A DNA stretch of 64,000 nt from Octopus sinensis. Its lineage: Eukaryota. How positions within the stretch are numbered: position 1 is the stretch's first letter; every line of letters starts with the position of its first letter. Under the pieces are notes generated by a model. The model saw only the letters and a list, made by a program, of their open reading frames with translations. It ran no database searches and had not been told where the DNA came from. A program made the translations under genes and the position numbers. The DNA lies in the NCBI RefSeq assembly GCF_006345805.1, contig NC_043018.1:23560001-23624000 (forward strand). The letters are read 5' to 3'. Shown piece by piece: positions 40,460-51,900 of the stretch.

Positions 40460-41756
40460 CTTACCACACAGCCACACCTGCGCCTATATTTCTGTGTGTT
40501 TGCGTGTGGAAAAGAGGAGGATTGAATGTGTGTATATACATATATGTGTGTGTACATAAGGGATTTTGTGTGTGTTTCTGTCCCATTGTTGAATTTTAAA
40601 TGAGTGTCCTCAAACAAGCAATGTCATTCATTTCCAATCTTTATGAAGACATGTCCAGATGTGTAGAAACATAAACTGCTTCGGGAACAATTGAGGATTG
40701 GCCTAAGAAATTCTGTTTTGATCCACACAAGCATGGAAAAGTGATGATGATGATGATGATGTCTATAAATTTCTGTAAGCATGTGCATATCATTTGCGAA
40801 TGCAGTACTGGAAAAAGATGTAAACTGTAGCAAGAAACCTGATAAACCAGTGATTTCATATGAAAATACCTTGAGTGATATTTGTTCAGTCCCCATTGCA
40901 CAGACAATTTCATGTCCCTCACATTACTACAAACTAATGATTACTCCAATGGATAGTGAGGCAGAGCTAAAAACACGAGGATCCAATGGAGAGAAGCAGA
41001 AAGGTCAGCCCAAAGTCGAAAACAGTGGAGAAAAGTCATTGAGGGCCTATGATCTATAGGAAGCAAAAAGGCTTAAGTAATAAAGCCTCCACCTTGAAGA
41101 GTAACTTACTAGTTGTAGCCATGACCAAAGGCAACCCTAAATAACCACAAAGCTAAAAGTTTGAGAAGAACAATGGTACAGTCACTTAATGATTTCTAAT
41201 ATGTCACCCACTGTAAAAAGTCAAGCTCCTTCCCAAGTCATATAGACTTACAGAGCCACTTTCCTGGTTTCCATGGCATATAAATTCCCCACCTGGATGG
41301 GATGCCAGTCCCTTGCAGGGTTAACTTATTTTTGCCAGCTGAGTGGACTGGAACAATGTGAAATGAAGTGTCTTGCTCAAGAACACAATGCATCACCCAG
41401 TCCAGGAATTGAAATCACAATCTTACAATCATCATTATCATCATTGTTCGACCGTGGTCAAGACAATGGAATTTACCATGCTACGCCAGACTTCACGGTC
41501 CATCATAGCATTATGGAGGTCCTGTTGCTGGATGCCTGTATCCCTGGAAATTACATCAGGGTAGGAGAGTGTGCGCCCTCTGGTATTGCGAGTAGATGGC
41601 TTCCAGAGGAGAAGAGTAGAAATTGCCTCGTTTTCAGCTCTACGACAATCATGAGTCCTACACCCTAACTACTAATCCACGCACCTCCACAGAAATATGC
41701 ACACCAAGGTAAAATAAAAGAAAAAAAGTAAAAAAAAAAAGCAATACATTACTTAC

Positions 41757-41999
41757 AGGTCCAAGTCGGTAGAAAACTTTCAAGCCAGAAGTAGGAGGTG
41801 GTTGTTTTATTTTAAAGCGGCACGAATCGACACCAATATTTCTAAGAAAGAAGAATTTTTCATAGGTCTGACCCACTTTGATTTTACCAAACTGAAGCTC
41901 TTTCACAGATAGTTCAAGGGACTTGCTAAGTTTCATCCTGTCCTTTTCTTGGAGAGACGAACCAGCGAGTCTGCTATCGATCGGTTTGACATTGTGAGA
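41757..41999 (-). CDS. SPAG17: SPAG17-like exon
   Basis: ttcatttccag| ... |gtaagt; 243 nt, phase 0-0. SHNVKPIDSRLAGSS...LQFGKIKVGQTYEKFFFLRNIGVDSCRFKIKQPPPTSGLKVFYRLGP matches the recalled SPAG17/PF6 C-terminal motif (N.GVD.CRF.VKQPPPSTGLKV.Y.PGP). Confidence 0.9.
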
Positions 42000-42588
42000 C
42001 TGGAAATGAAGACAGAATTAAGAGACCAAAAGATACTGGCAAGAAGACGCACTGACGCACATGAAATGCAATGCAAATGCACTCAATACAAATGTTGGTT
42101 TGTTTATGTCCCTATAGCTTAGTGGTTCTGGAAAAGAGACCAATAAAATCAGTATCAGACTTTAAAAAAGGATAAGTACTGGGAGTCAGTCAGTTTGATT
42201 AAACTTTTCAAGATGGTGCCCCAGCATGGCCACAGTCCAATGAGTGAAAACAAGGAAAAGGTAAATGATGAAACCCTTGCTGCCAACATAAAAGGGGTCA
42301 CAAATACAATGATGTTGATGATGATGACTACAACTAAAGTGATGATAATGACAACAACGATAATAATGATGACAATGATGATGGCGATGATGATGACAAT
42401 GGTGGTGATGATGGTGGTGGTGGTGATGATGACGGTGGTGGTGGTGGTGATGATGATGATCATGATAGCAATCACAATATTGATGATGGAAGTGGTGGTG
42501 ATGGTGGTTGTAATGATGATATGCATCCAACAAGCAAAATATTTCAACTAACAATAAATTTTTTTAAAAACCCCAAAAAAACCCTTAC

Positions 42589-42695
42589 CATTGGAAGCAA
42601 GTTCGTTTCGCATGGTATCTCTGATGAGAGGTTTTCTGATGTAGAAATGAACAGTTTCGGTAGGAGTGTAGGAGTTGAAGTATCTAGTGATGTAG
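42589..42695 (-). CDS. SPAG17: SPAG17-like exon
   Basis: tctttttttttaag| ... ATG|gtaagg; 107 nt, phase 1-0, open frame (A)TSLDTSTPTLLPKLFISTSENLSSEIPCETNLLPM. Phases fit both neighbouring exons. Confidence 0.7.
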
Positions 42696-42947
42696 CTTAA
42701 AAAAAAGAGAAAGACATATGTACAGACATGCCAACAGATATACACACACATTAGTAGTATAAACAGAATATATACACACACACACACACATATATATATA
42801 CACATACACACATATACACACAAATTATTATACATATATATATACACACACACACACATATTCACATATATATAAACACACATATATACATACATACATA
42901 CATACATATAAACACACATATATACATATATATACACGCACATATAC

Positions 42948-43378
42948 ATTTCATTGGACACTAAACTCTGCTTGCGAAGACCTGTTGAGGCAAGTGAAAT
43001 TGAAATCAGGAGCTCTGAGAGTACCATCTGAGCATGATCGTTGCCAGAGCAGCTGACTGGCTTCTGTGCCGGTGGCATGTAAAAAGCACCGTTTGAGCGA
43101 GATCGTTGCCAGTGCCGCTGGACTGGCTCCTGTGCAGGTGGCACATAAAAGCACCATTTAAGCGTGACTGTTGCCAGTACCGCCTGACTGGCCCTTGTGC
43201 CGGTGGCACATAAAAGCACCCACTACACTCTCAGGGTGGTTAGCATTAGAAAGGGCATCCAACCACAGAAACCATGTCAAATCAGACTGGGGTCTGATGC
43301 AGCCTTCTAGCTTGACAGTCCTGGTCAAACCATCCAACCCATGTCAGCATGGACAACAGACACTAAATGATGATGATA
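42948..43378 (+). mobile_element. RTE LINE 3' UTR fragment
   Basis: Matches 38260-38790 (TCATTGGACACTAAACTCTGCTTGC...). Confidence 0.85.
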
Positions 43379-44074
43379 ATATATATTGTTTCACACATGT
43401 ATCCTAAAACTGAATCAAACTTATTTGTGCGAAATTGGTGAATTACCAGCTAGTATAAAATAAATATATATATATATATATATCATTATCGAAATCGAAT
43501 TGAACCAGCCAGGATCCCTGGTCTGGTGGTACGTAAAAAGCACTATCCGACTCGTGGCCGTGGCACGTAAAATACTCCAATGCGACCGTACGACAGGCAC
43601 CCATGCCAACCCCCTTTGCTTGTGAGGACATGTTGGGGCAAGCGAAATCGAAATCGAATTGAACCAGCCAGGATCCCTGGTCTGGTGGTACGTAAAAAGC
43701 ACTATCCGAATCGTGGCCGATGCCAGCACCGCCTCGACTGGCTTCCGTGCCGGTGACACATAAAATACACCAATCTGACCATGGCCGTTGCCAGCCCCGC
43801 CTGGCACCTGTGCAGGTGGCACGTAAAAAGCACCCACTACACTCACGGAGTGGTTGGCGTTAGGAAGGGCATCCAGCTGTAGAAACATTGCCAGATTAGA
43901 CTGGAGCCTGGTGCAGCCTTCTGGCTTCCCAGAACCCCGGTCGAACCGTCCAACCCATGCTAGCATGGAGAACGGACGTTAAACGACGATGATGACGATG
44001 ATGATATACATATATATCATAATAAGAAATACTAAATTTCTAAATCTCTCGTAGAGACGTACGGTGGTGGGGCG

Positions 44075-44404
44075 ATAGAATGGTTGTATACTGTCAATCT
44101 AACACGAACGTGACAGTAGGGGGGGTACACCACCGCTGTATAGCCCTAGGAAGCATTGACGACTCCTGATGGCTTTTCACATTTTTCCCTGTGTCCTTAT
44201 ATACATTTACGAAGGGGAGACAAACACCCCCGGCCGCCGGAGCTGCATCTAGGGACACGTGTTTCAGGATCATTGTATATAAGGACACAGGGAAAAATGT
44301 GTCAAAGCCATCAGGAGGCGTCGATGCTTCCTAGGGCTATACAGCGGTGGTGTAGCCCGCTACTGTCACGTTCGTGTTAGATTGACAGTATACAACCATT
44401 CTAT
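44075..44404. repeat. Fold-back element (arms ~130 bp, loop ~66 nt)
   Basis: ATAGAATGGTTGTATACTGTCAATCTAACACGAACG...TCCTTATATACA and its reverse complement; (TA)n is adjacent. Confidence 0.93.
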
Positions 44405-45290
44405 ATATATATCATTATATATATATATATACTGTGTATATTATGACCTTTGTACCTCTCTCCTTCTTACACTATCATCACATCTATGCTCTGATCCTTG
44501 TTACTTGTGAGTATACCCTGGCACTTCACCATCTCTCTCCTGCTCTCTCTTACACTTTTGGTGTCTATCTCTCTCTCTCTCTCTCTGAGGTACATGGTTA
44601 CTGAGTAACCATGTACCTTCTCTATAACAAGACACCTATTTATGCCTCTCTATTTCTCTGTTACACTATGACCTTTCATCATCTGATACTGAATCACCAT
44701 CTGTTTCTGCCTCTCTGTCTCTTTATCACACTCTAACCTTTCACCCTCTGACACGAGTTCCCCTTCTCAAGAGCCCCTGCCCCTCTCACAGCTCCATGTC
44801 TTGTGAGTTACTTGGTGGCCCTGCTAGTGCTGGTACCACAAAAAAAAGCCTCCAGTCCACACTGTAAAGTGGTTGGCATTTGGAAGGGCATCCAGCTGTA
44901 AGAATCATGCAAAAACTGACCTCGCCTTTGCTACTGCCACATAAAAAGCACTGAGTTCACTCTGCGGAGTGCTTGGTGCTAGGAAGGGCATCCAGCCATA
45001 AAAAAACCTTGCCAAAACAGACACAGTTGCATAGGGGACTTTCTCTACCTGGCAAGCTCCAGTCAACTGTCTTACCCATGCATACATAGAAGATGGATGT
45101 TAAACAATGATGATGATTACAATGATGATATATGCTGTAATATGTTACAATAAATAACTGTATATGTGTTGTTTGTATACATACATGCTTACATATTATA
45201 TATGTACATGTTTTTTGTGTTTATGTATGCACGTGATACTTACATATATATATATATATTTAAAAAAGGAGATGTGGAACACGAGTTGTG

Positions 45291-45497
45291 ATATATAAAA
45301 AAGGAAATGAAGAAAATGCTGACAAAATAATTTAAGTAATTTAAGTAATTTAATTAGGTGAAAGTTCTTTTTACTAGTTGCGCATTTGTTATGCTTATAA
45401 CAAATGCGCAACCGGTAAAAAGAACTTTCACCTAATTAAATTACTTAAATTACTTAAATTATTTTGTCAGCATTTTCTTCATTTCCTTTTTTATATA
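45291..45497. repeat. Fold-back element (arms ~100 bp)
   Basis: Near-perfect palindrome centred on TTGTTATGCTTATAACAA (~45386-45403). Confidence 0.93.
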
Positions 45498-46440
45498 TAT
45501 ATATACATATTTATTACCTATAGGTGCTGAATGCCTTTGCCATAGTTGTGGCTTAATGGGCGATAGATATACCTCAGAAACTTCATCTCTACCTACGGTG
45601 CCTGAATAATGAACAACAGAAGGTCATTGATGGAAAACAGTGTTGGAGAGCAAAGTTACAAGTTAATGTTAGCAATGTTAATGGTCAATAACAGAAGTCA
45701 ATGTTAGCAGACACTGGTCAGAAGATGGCACTGGAAGCAAATGTCAGGTGTTTCAGGAAACCACAATATATCTTTTAGCATTTACCTGTTTCAGTCATTT
45801 GATTGTGACCATGCTGGGGCATCAAGTTGAAAGGTTTTAGTGGGAGAAATCGACCCCAGGACTTATTTTTTTAAAGCCTAGTACTTATTCTATCAGTCTC
45901 TTTTGCCAAACTGCTAAGTTGCAGGGACATACACACACCAACATCAGTTATCAAGCAGTGGTGGAGATCACACACACACACATATTATAGATATGTATGC
46001 AGAAATGAAAAGAAGTAATTAACTGCTGAATATAACTGGATATAAATCTCTGTTCTCCTTTATTATAAATTCAGTGTGTGTGTGTGTGTATGATGGGCTT
46101 CTTTCAGTTTCCGTCTACCAAATCCACTCACAAGGCTTTGGTCAGTCTGAGGCAACAGTAGGCTACTGTTAAGTTATGAGGACGTAAACACATCACCATC
46201 GGTTGTCAAGCGATGTTAGGGGGACAAACACAGGCACACAAACATACATACATACATACATACACATATATACGAGAGGCTTCTTTCAGTTTCCATCTAC
46301 CAAATCCACTCACAAGGCTTTGGTAGGCCCGAATAGAAGACACTTGCCTAAGATGCCATGCAGTGGGATTGAACCCAGAACTATATAGTTGGGAAGCAAG
46401 CTTCTTACCACACAGCCACACTTATATATATGTGTATGTA

Positions 46441-46488
<48 letters not shown>

Positions 46489-47225
46489 CGCAGGAGTGGC
46501 TGTGTGGTAAGTAGCTTGCTTACCAACCACATCATTCCAGGTTCATTCCCACTGCGTGGCACCTTGGGCAAGTGTCTTCTATTCGGGCCTACTAAAGCCT
46601 TGTGAGTGGATTTGGTAGATGGAAACTGAAAGAAGCCTCTCGTATATATGTGTATGTATGTATGTATGTATGTTTGTGTGCCTGTGTTTGTCCCCCTAAC
46701 ATCGCTTGACAACCAATGGTGGTGTGTTTACGCCCTCATAACTTAACGGTTCGGCAAAAGAGGCCAATAGAATATGTACTAGGCTTACAAAGAATAATTT
46801 GCTCGACTAAAGGCAGTGCTCCAGCATGGCCACAGTCAAAATGACTGAAACAAGTAAAAGAATTAATAGTATATAAAATAAGAATGCTTTATGATGCAAT
46901 CAAATTATTCATCAATAAAAAATGTGTTTAAAACAGATGTAGTGAACCTTTGACCCATTTGAGTTATTCTATATAAACATCATATCTGGAACCTTCCTTG
47001 TATTGAATCTGAAACTTACATTGGATTGTGAAACTCCACACTGGTGTGCATGGGTATATAATTTCATGTCTACACATATGCGTAAGTGTATGAATATGTC
47101 CATGTATACATGGGTATATATATATGGATGTGTTTGTATATGGTAGATGCACAGATCTTGGCCCTCATCTGGTCTCCTCCATATTAAACAAATCATATCA
47201 AATCCTACAAATAATTAATGACTAT

Positions 47226-47264
<39 letters not shown>

Positions 47265-47464
47265 GGGAAAATTCCCCAAAAAAAACAAAAGATGAAGAGA
47301 GGTGGTGTAGACAAAAATGTATTAGTATAATGCTCAGTAAGTGAAGAAGTCTTTAACATTTCAAGCCTACGCTCTTCCAAAGAAATGAACACAAAAAGAA
47401 ACAAGGATAGAAAATAAAGAATGTGTAGTGGCTAGCGATCTATCATCTATATATATGCTCAGGA

Positions 47465-48470
47465 GCAATAAACACTGAAAATATGCAGAGAACAACTTCC
47501 GCCACATTCCAGGGAGAAAAACTAAAAGTAGTTGATAGCTTCCGTTACCTAGATGACCAAGTCAGTAGCAGGGGAGTGTGCACTGAAAAGTGTAGGTACT
47601 AGAATAAGAATACCCTGGGCAAAGTTCAGAGAGCTCTTACCTCTGCTGGTGACAAAGGGTCTCTTGCTCAGAGTAAAAGGTAGACTGTACGATGCATGTG
47701 TACGAACAGCCATGCCATATGGCAGTGAAACATAGGCCGTGACTGCTGTGGACATGCGTAAGCTTGCAAGGAATGAAGCCAGTATGCTCCAATGGATGTG
47801 TAATGTCAGTGTGCATACTTGACAGGATGTAAGTACCTTGAGAGAAAAGTTGGCCCTAAGAAGCATCAGATGTGGTGTGCAAGAGAGAAGATCACGCTGG
47901 TATGGTCATGTGGGGAGAATGGATGAGGATAGCTGTGTAAAAAAAGGGTTGAGGGAACCTGTGGAAAAGGTAGACCCAGGAAAACCTGGGATGAAGTGGT
48001 GAAGCACAACCTTCAAACATTAGGCCTCACTGAGGCAATGACTAGTGACAGAGACCTTTGGAAATATGCTGTCCTTGAGAAGACCCAGCAAGCCAAGTGA
48101 GACCATAACCTCATGGCCTATGCGAGGGATGTAACTAGCCCACTTATGCATATCTTTCCTTCATTGGACTCTAAATTCTGCTTGCGAAGACCTGTTGAGG
48201 CAAGTGAAATTGACATCAAATTTGATGACTGGCATCCGTGCTAGTGGAGTGCTAAGAGCAACATCCGAGTGTGATCATTGCCAGAGCAGCTAACTGGCTT
48301 CCATGCCGGTGGCACATAAAAAGTACCATTTGAGTATGATCGTTACCAGCGACTCCTTAGTGGCACTTGTGCCGTAGGCACATGAAAAAACATTAGAGCG
48401 AAGTCATTGCCGGTGCCACTGGACTGGCTCCTGTGCAGGTGGCATGTAAAAAAACACCATTTGAATATGG
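47465..48470 (+). mobile_element. Truncated RTE LINE copy
   Basis: FQGEKLKVVDSFRYL..., WAKFRELLPLLVTKGL..., LYDACVRTAM; same family as 34103. Confidence 0.9.
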
Positions 48471-48509
48471 TACCTATGTGTGTATATATTTGTGTGTATG
48501 TATATATAT

Positions 48510-48935
48510 ATCACCTTGATCACCTTGACCGACCAGTCCGTCAGGTGTCCATTTGACACCGCTGGTCACAGCATGCTGTCCACTCCTCTCTGGATCACAC
48601 CTTTCACATCCATGTGATCCCAATCGTCCTCCTGAAATCGTAACTCCACCATCGTGGAGGCCTTTCCAGGTCGTCGTGTCCGCTCACGCGGGTACCACTC
48701 GACAACTGCGCGGGTCCATCGATTATCGGTGAGCCAGGCGACGTGTCCAGCCCATCTAAACTTGCTGCGTGTATACTCTGCGATGACATCCCTCACGCCA
48801 GACTTCTTTCTTATGATCTCACTACTGATGTGCTCTCTCAACGAGATACCAAGCATTGACCTTTCCATGGCTCTTTGAGCTGTTACCAGTCTCTGCTCTT
48901 CTCTCTTTGTTGTAGCCCATGTTTCACAGCCATGT
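48510..48935 (-). mobile_element. 3' end of a second RTE-clade LINE family
   Basis: MERSMLGISLREHISSEIIRKKSGVRDVI...KFRWAGHVAWLTDNRWTRAVVEWYPR...RW; tail ...GGTCGGTCAAGGTGATCAAGGTGA followed by (TA)n. Confidence 0.85.
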
Positions 48936-49535
48936 ATATATATATATATATATATATATCATCATCGTTGTCATTTAATGTCCACTTTCCATGCTGGCAT
49001 GGGTTGGATGGTTTGACCAAGGACTGGCAAACCAGGAGGCTGCACCAGACTCCAATCTGATCTAATAAGGTTTCTACAGCTGGATGCCCTTCCTAATGCC
49101 AACCACTCGAGAGTGTAGTGGGTACTTTTTACATGCCACCAGCACAGGGGCCAGTTAAGTGGCACTGGCATCGACCATACACGAATAATGCCTTTTACGT
49201 GCCACTGGCACGGGAACCAGTCAGGCAGTACTGACAACAAATATATATATCATATGTATATAATTGCATGTATATACATATGTACAAGGTTGTATAATAC
49301 ATACGTATATATTTATGTATGTATGTATATTTTATATATGTATGAATATATGTTTGTCAGCAAGTACTTATATTCATTGAGCACACTATCTGACTGTTAC
49401 CTGTGCCTTGTATATTGAAATACCTGGATTCTAACTAATGAATCTCACAATTAAATAATGATGTTTATATATATAACTAGATTATTTTATGCGCAACTCC
49501 ATTGTCTCCCGAGACAAAAAGGATGCCAACAACAA

Positions 49536-49903
49536 TCTATATATATAAAGCTGAAGTTGTCTGTGTGTGGCAGGTTTTGTAGCCTTCAACTAACACTATC
49601 TCTGAGACCCTGCGGTGTAGGTTGACCAATATTGAGAGTATGATAGAAGAAGGTTTGCTCTTCATTCCGTAGAAGATAAAATTTAAATTGGACCATGTTA
49701 AGACCAAAAATTATTTACATCAAAAAGGTGCTTTTTTTCTATGAAAATCCTGATTTTTTATGATTTTTTGACTCCTGTGTCACCATTTTTCGGTGTATTT
49801 CAACCAGAAAAATGTTCACTTAAAGAGAATAAGCTACATAATGCAAAAATTCCAATTCTAAAGGGTCGAAACAAACCCAAGCAATGCCGGGCAATACTGC
49901 TAG
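49536..49903 (+). mobile_element. Non-autonomous Helitron
   Basis: A|TCTATATATATAAAG... start; sub-terminal GC hairpin CCCAAGC-aat-GCCGGG ~10 nt before the CTAG|T end; no TSD. Confidence 0.8.
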
Positions 49904-50413
49904 TATATATATAAATAAAGATAAGATGATTATTTAAAATACCGATCATATCAAGTGGCTAGCATGGGTGCATTTTACATTTCACTGGCACAAGTGTCCT
50001 TGCATGTTATTGATATAAGTGCCATTTACATGACTCTGGCACAGGGTCTACTGAGAATTCTGACAGAAATGAGGCAATGTGTAAGGTAGGAGAGGTGGGC
50101 ATGGTAGTTAAAGACATGCATGTATGCATGGATGGCTACAATTTCATTGTGTTTGTCGTGTCTTCTTAAGCATGGCAAATCACCAGAAGTCTTGGTTCCT
50201 TGTCATCTCTGTGAGGCTCAACAGCCAAAGATAATCTTTCACCGCTTTGTCCAACATCTTACTGGGTCTACTCTTCCCACAGGTTCCCTCCACAGAGATC
50301 AGCATTTCTTTATGCTGCCATCTTTATCCATATGCATCACATGACAATACCAGCACAGTTTTTCCCTCTTGTACCCTACATCTCATGCCTCTTATACCCA
50401 ATTTTCCTCTTAA

Positions 50414-50633
50414 CCCTTTAGTGTTCAAACTGGTCATATCCGGCCCAAATAATCTACCTGTTTTCTGTTAAAACTGCCCAGATTTGGTATCTCACACCAA
50501 CCTATAATGTCAATCTAAAAACAGGTGATAACATCATCGAAACCTTAAAGCTACAAAATAATGCATGATTAGCTCAAAACAATATGGATGAATAAATATT
50601 ATATTTGACAGAATAATCTGAATGCTTGAAGGG
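50414..50633. mobile_element. TTAA-specific (piggyBac-like) MITE inserted in a degenerate RTE fragment (~50090-50735)
   Basis: TTAA|CCCTTTAGTGTTCA ... TGAATGCTTGAAGGG|TTAA. Another copy begins at 63957 (TTAA|CCTTTTAGCATC). Confidence 0.75.
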
Positions 50634-51863
50634 TTAAGCTGTCATACGTGCACACTGATATTGCACATCAAGAGGAGCATGTTGGTTTCTTTTCTTACAA
50701 CCCTCCACATGTCCTCTACAGTCACAGCCCATGTTTTGTGTGCGTGCGTGTGTAAGAGGGTCATCAGTGGATTATATATCCGAAGAAGAAGCACACTCTA
50801 ACAATTGGAGCAGTAATGTATTTACATGCATCTAAATATATGTCCCAGTCATAGAATGACCAATGGTTTCACATCCATAAAACTTAAGCTTTATAGACAA
50901 CTCCTCAGACTCCAATAGCCACGGACATCTAACCTCTCTTCAAACAGGAGGTAGAAAACTGTTACGGTCAGTTAATATATGTACATATTATTTTTCACTT
51001 GTTTCATTCATTAGATTGCAGCCATGGTAGGGCACCACCTTGAAGGGTTACAGTCAACGAACTGACCCCTGTTCATATTATTTTATCAAACCTGGTACTT
51101 ATTCTACCACAACCTTGGCGGAATTTGAACTCAGAATGTAAAGACAGACGAAATCCCACTAAGCATTTCGCCCAGCATGCTAACGTTTCTGCCAGCTCAC
51201 CACCTTACTAAAATCTGTACTCTACAACAAGTATTGAGTAATCTTTCAGTTAAATCCTAAATTGATTTTTAGTATATCTAGACATAAGAGTGAACATTAA
51301 TATTTTTTTTTTCTTTACTACCCACAAGGGTCTAAACACAGAGGGGACAAACAAGGACAGACAAAGGGATTAAGTCAATTACATTGATCCCAGTGCGTAA
51401 CTGGTACTTAATTTATCGACCCCGAAAGGATGAAAGGCAAAGTCGACCTCGGCGGAATTTGAACTCGGAACGTAACGACAGACGAAATACAGCTACGCAT
51501 TTCGCCCGGCATGCTAACGTTTCTGCCAGCTCGCCACCTGAACATTAATATTATTTATTAATGGCATGGCTGTGTGGTACGAAGCCTGGTTCTAGGTTCA
51601 GTCCCATTTAATCTCAGGCCAAACAAAGAAAGACTGGATTTGGTAGACCGAAAAGGAGTTTGTTGTGTACATTTTTTTATTGGTTTCAATCATTTGACTG
51701 CGGCCATGCTGGAGCATTGCCTTTAGTCTAACAAATTGACCCCAGGACCTATTCTTTTTTTAAGCCTAGTACTTATTCTATTGGTGTCTTTTGCTGAACC
51801 ACTAAGTTTCAGGGATATAAATATACCAACATCAGTTAAGTGATGGTGGAAGGACAAACACAG

Positions 51864-51900
<37 letters not shown>

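Noticed and set aside
42155-42554. Poly-His or poly-Met ORFs
   Set aside because: (ATG/GTG)n trinucleotide microsatellite within an intron.
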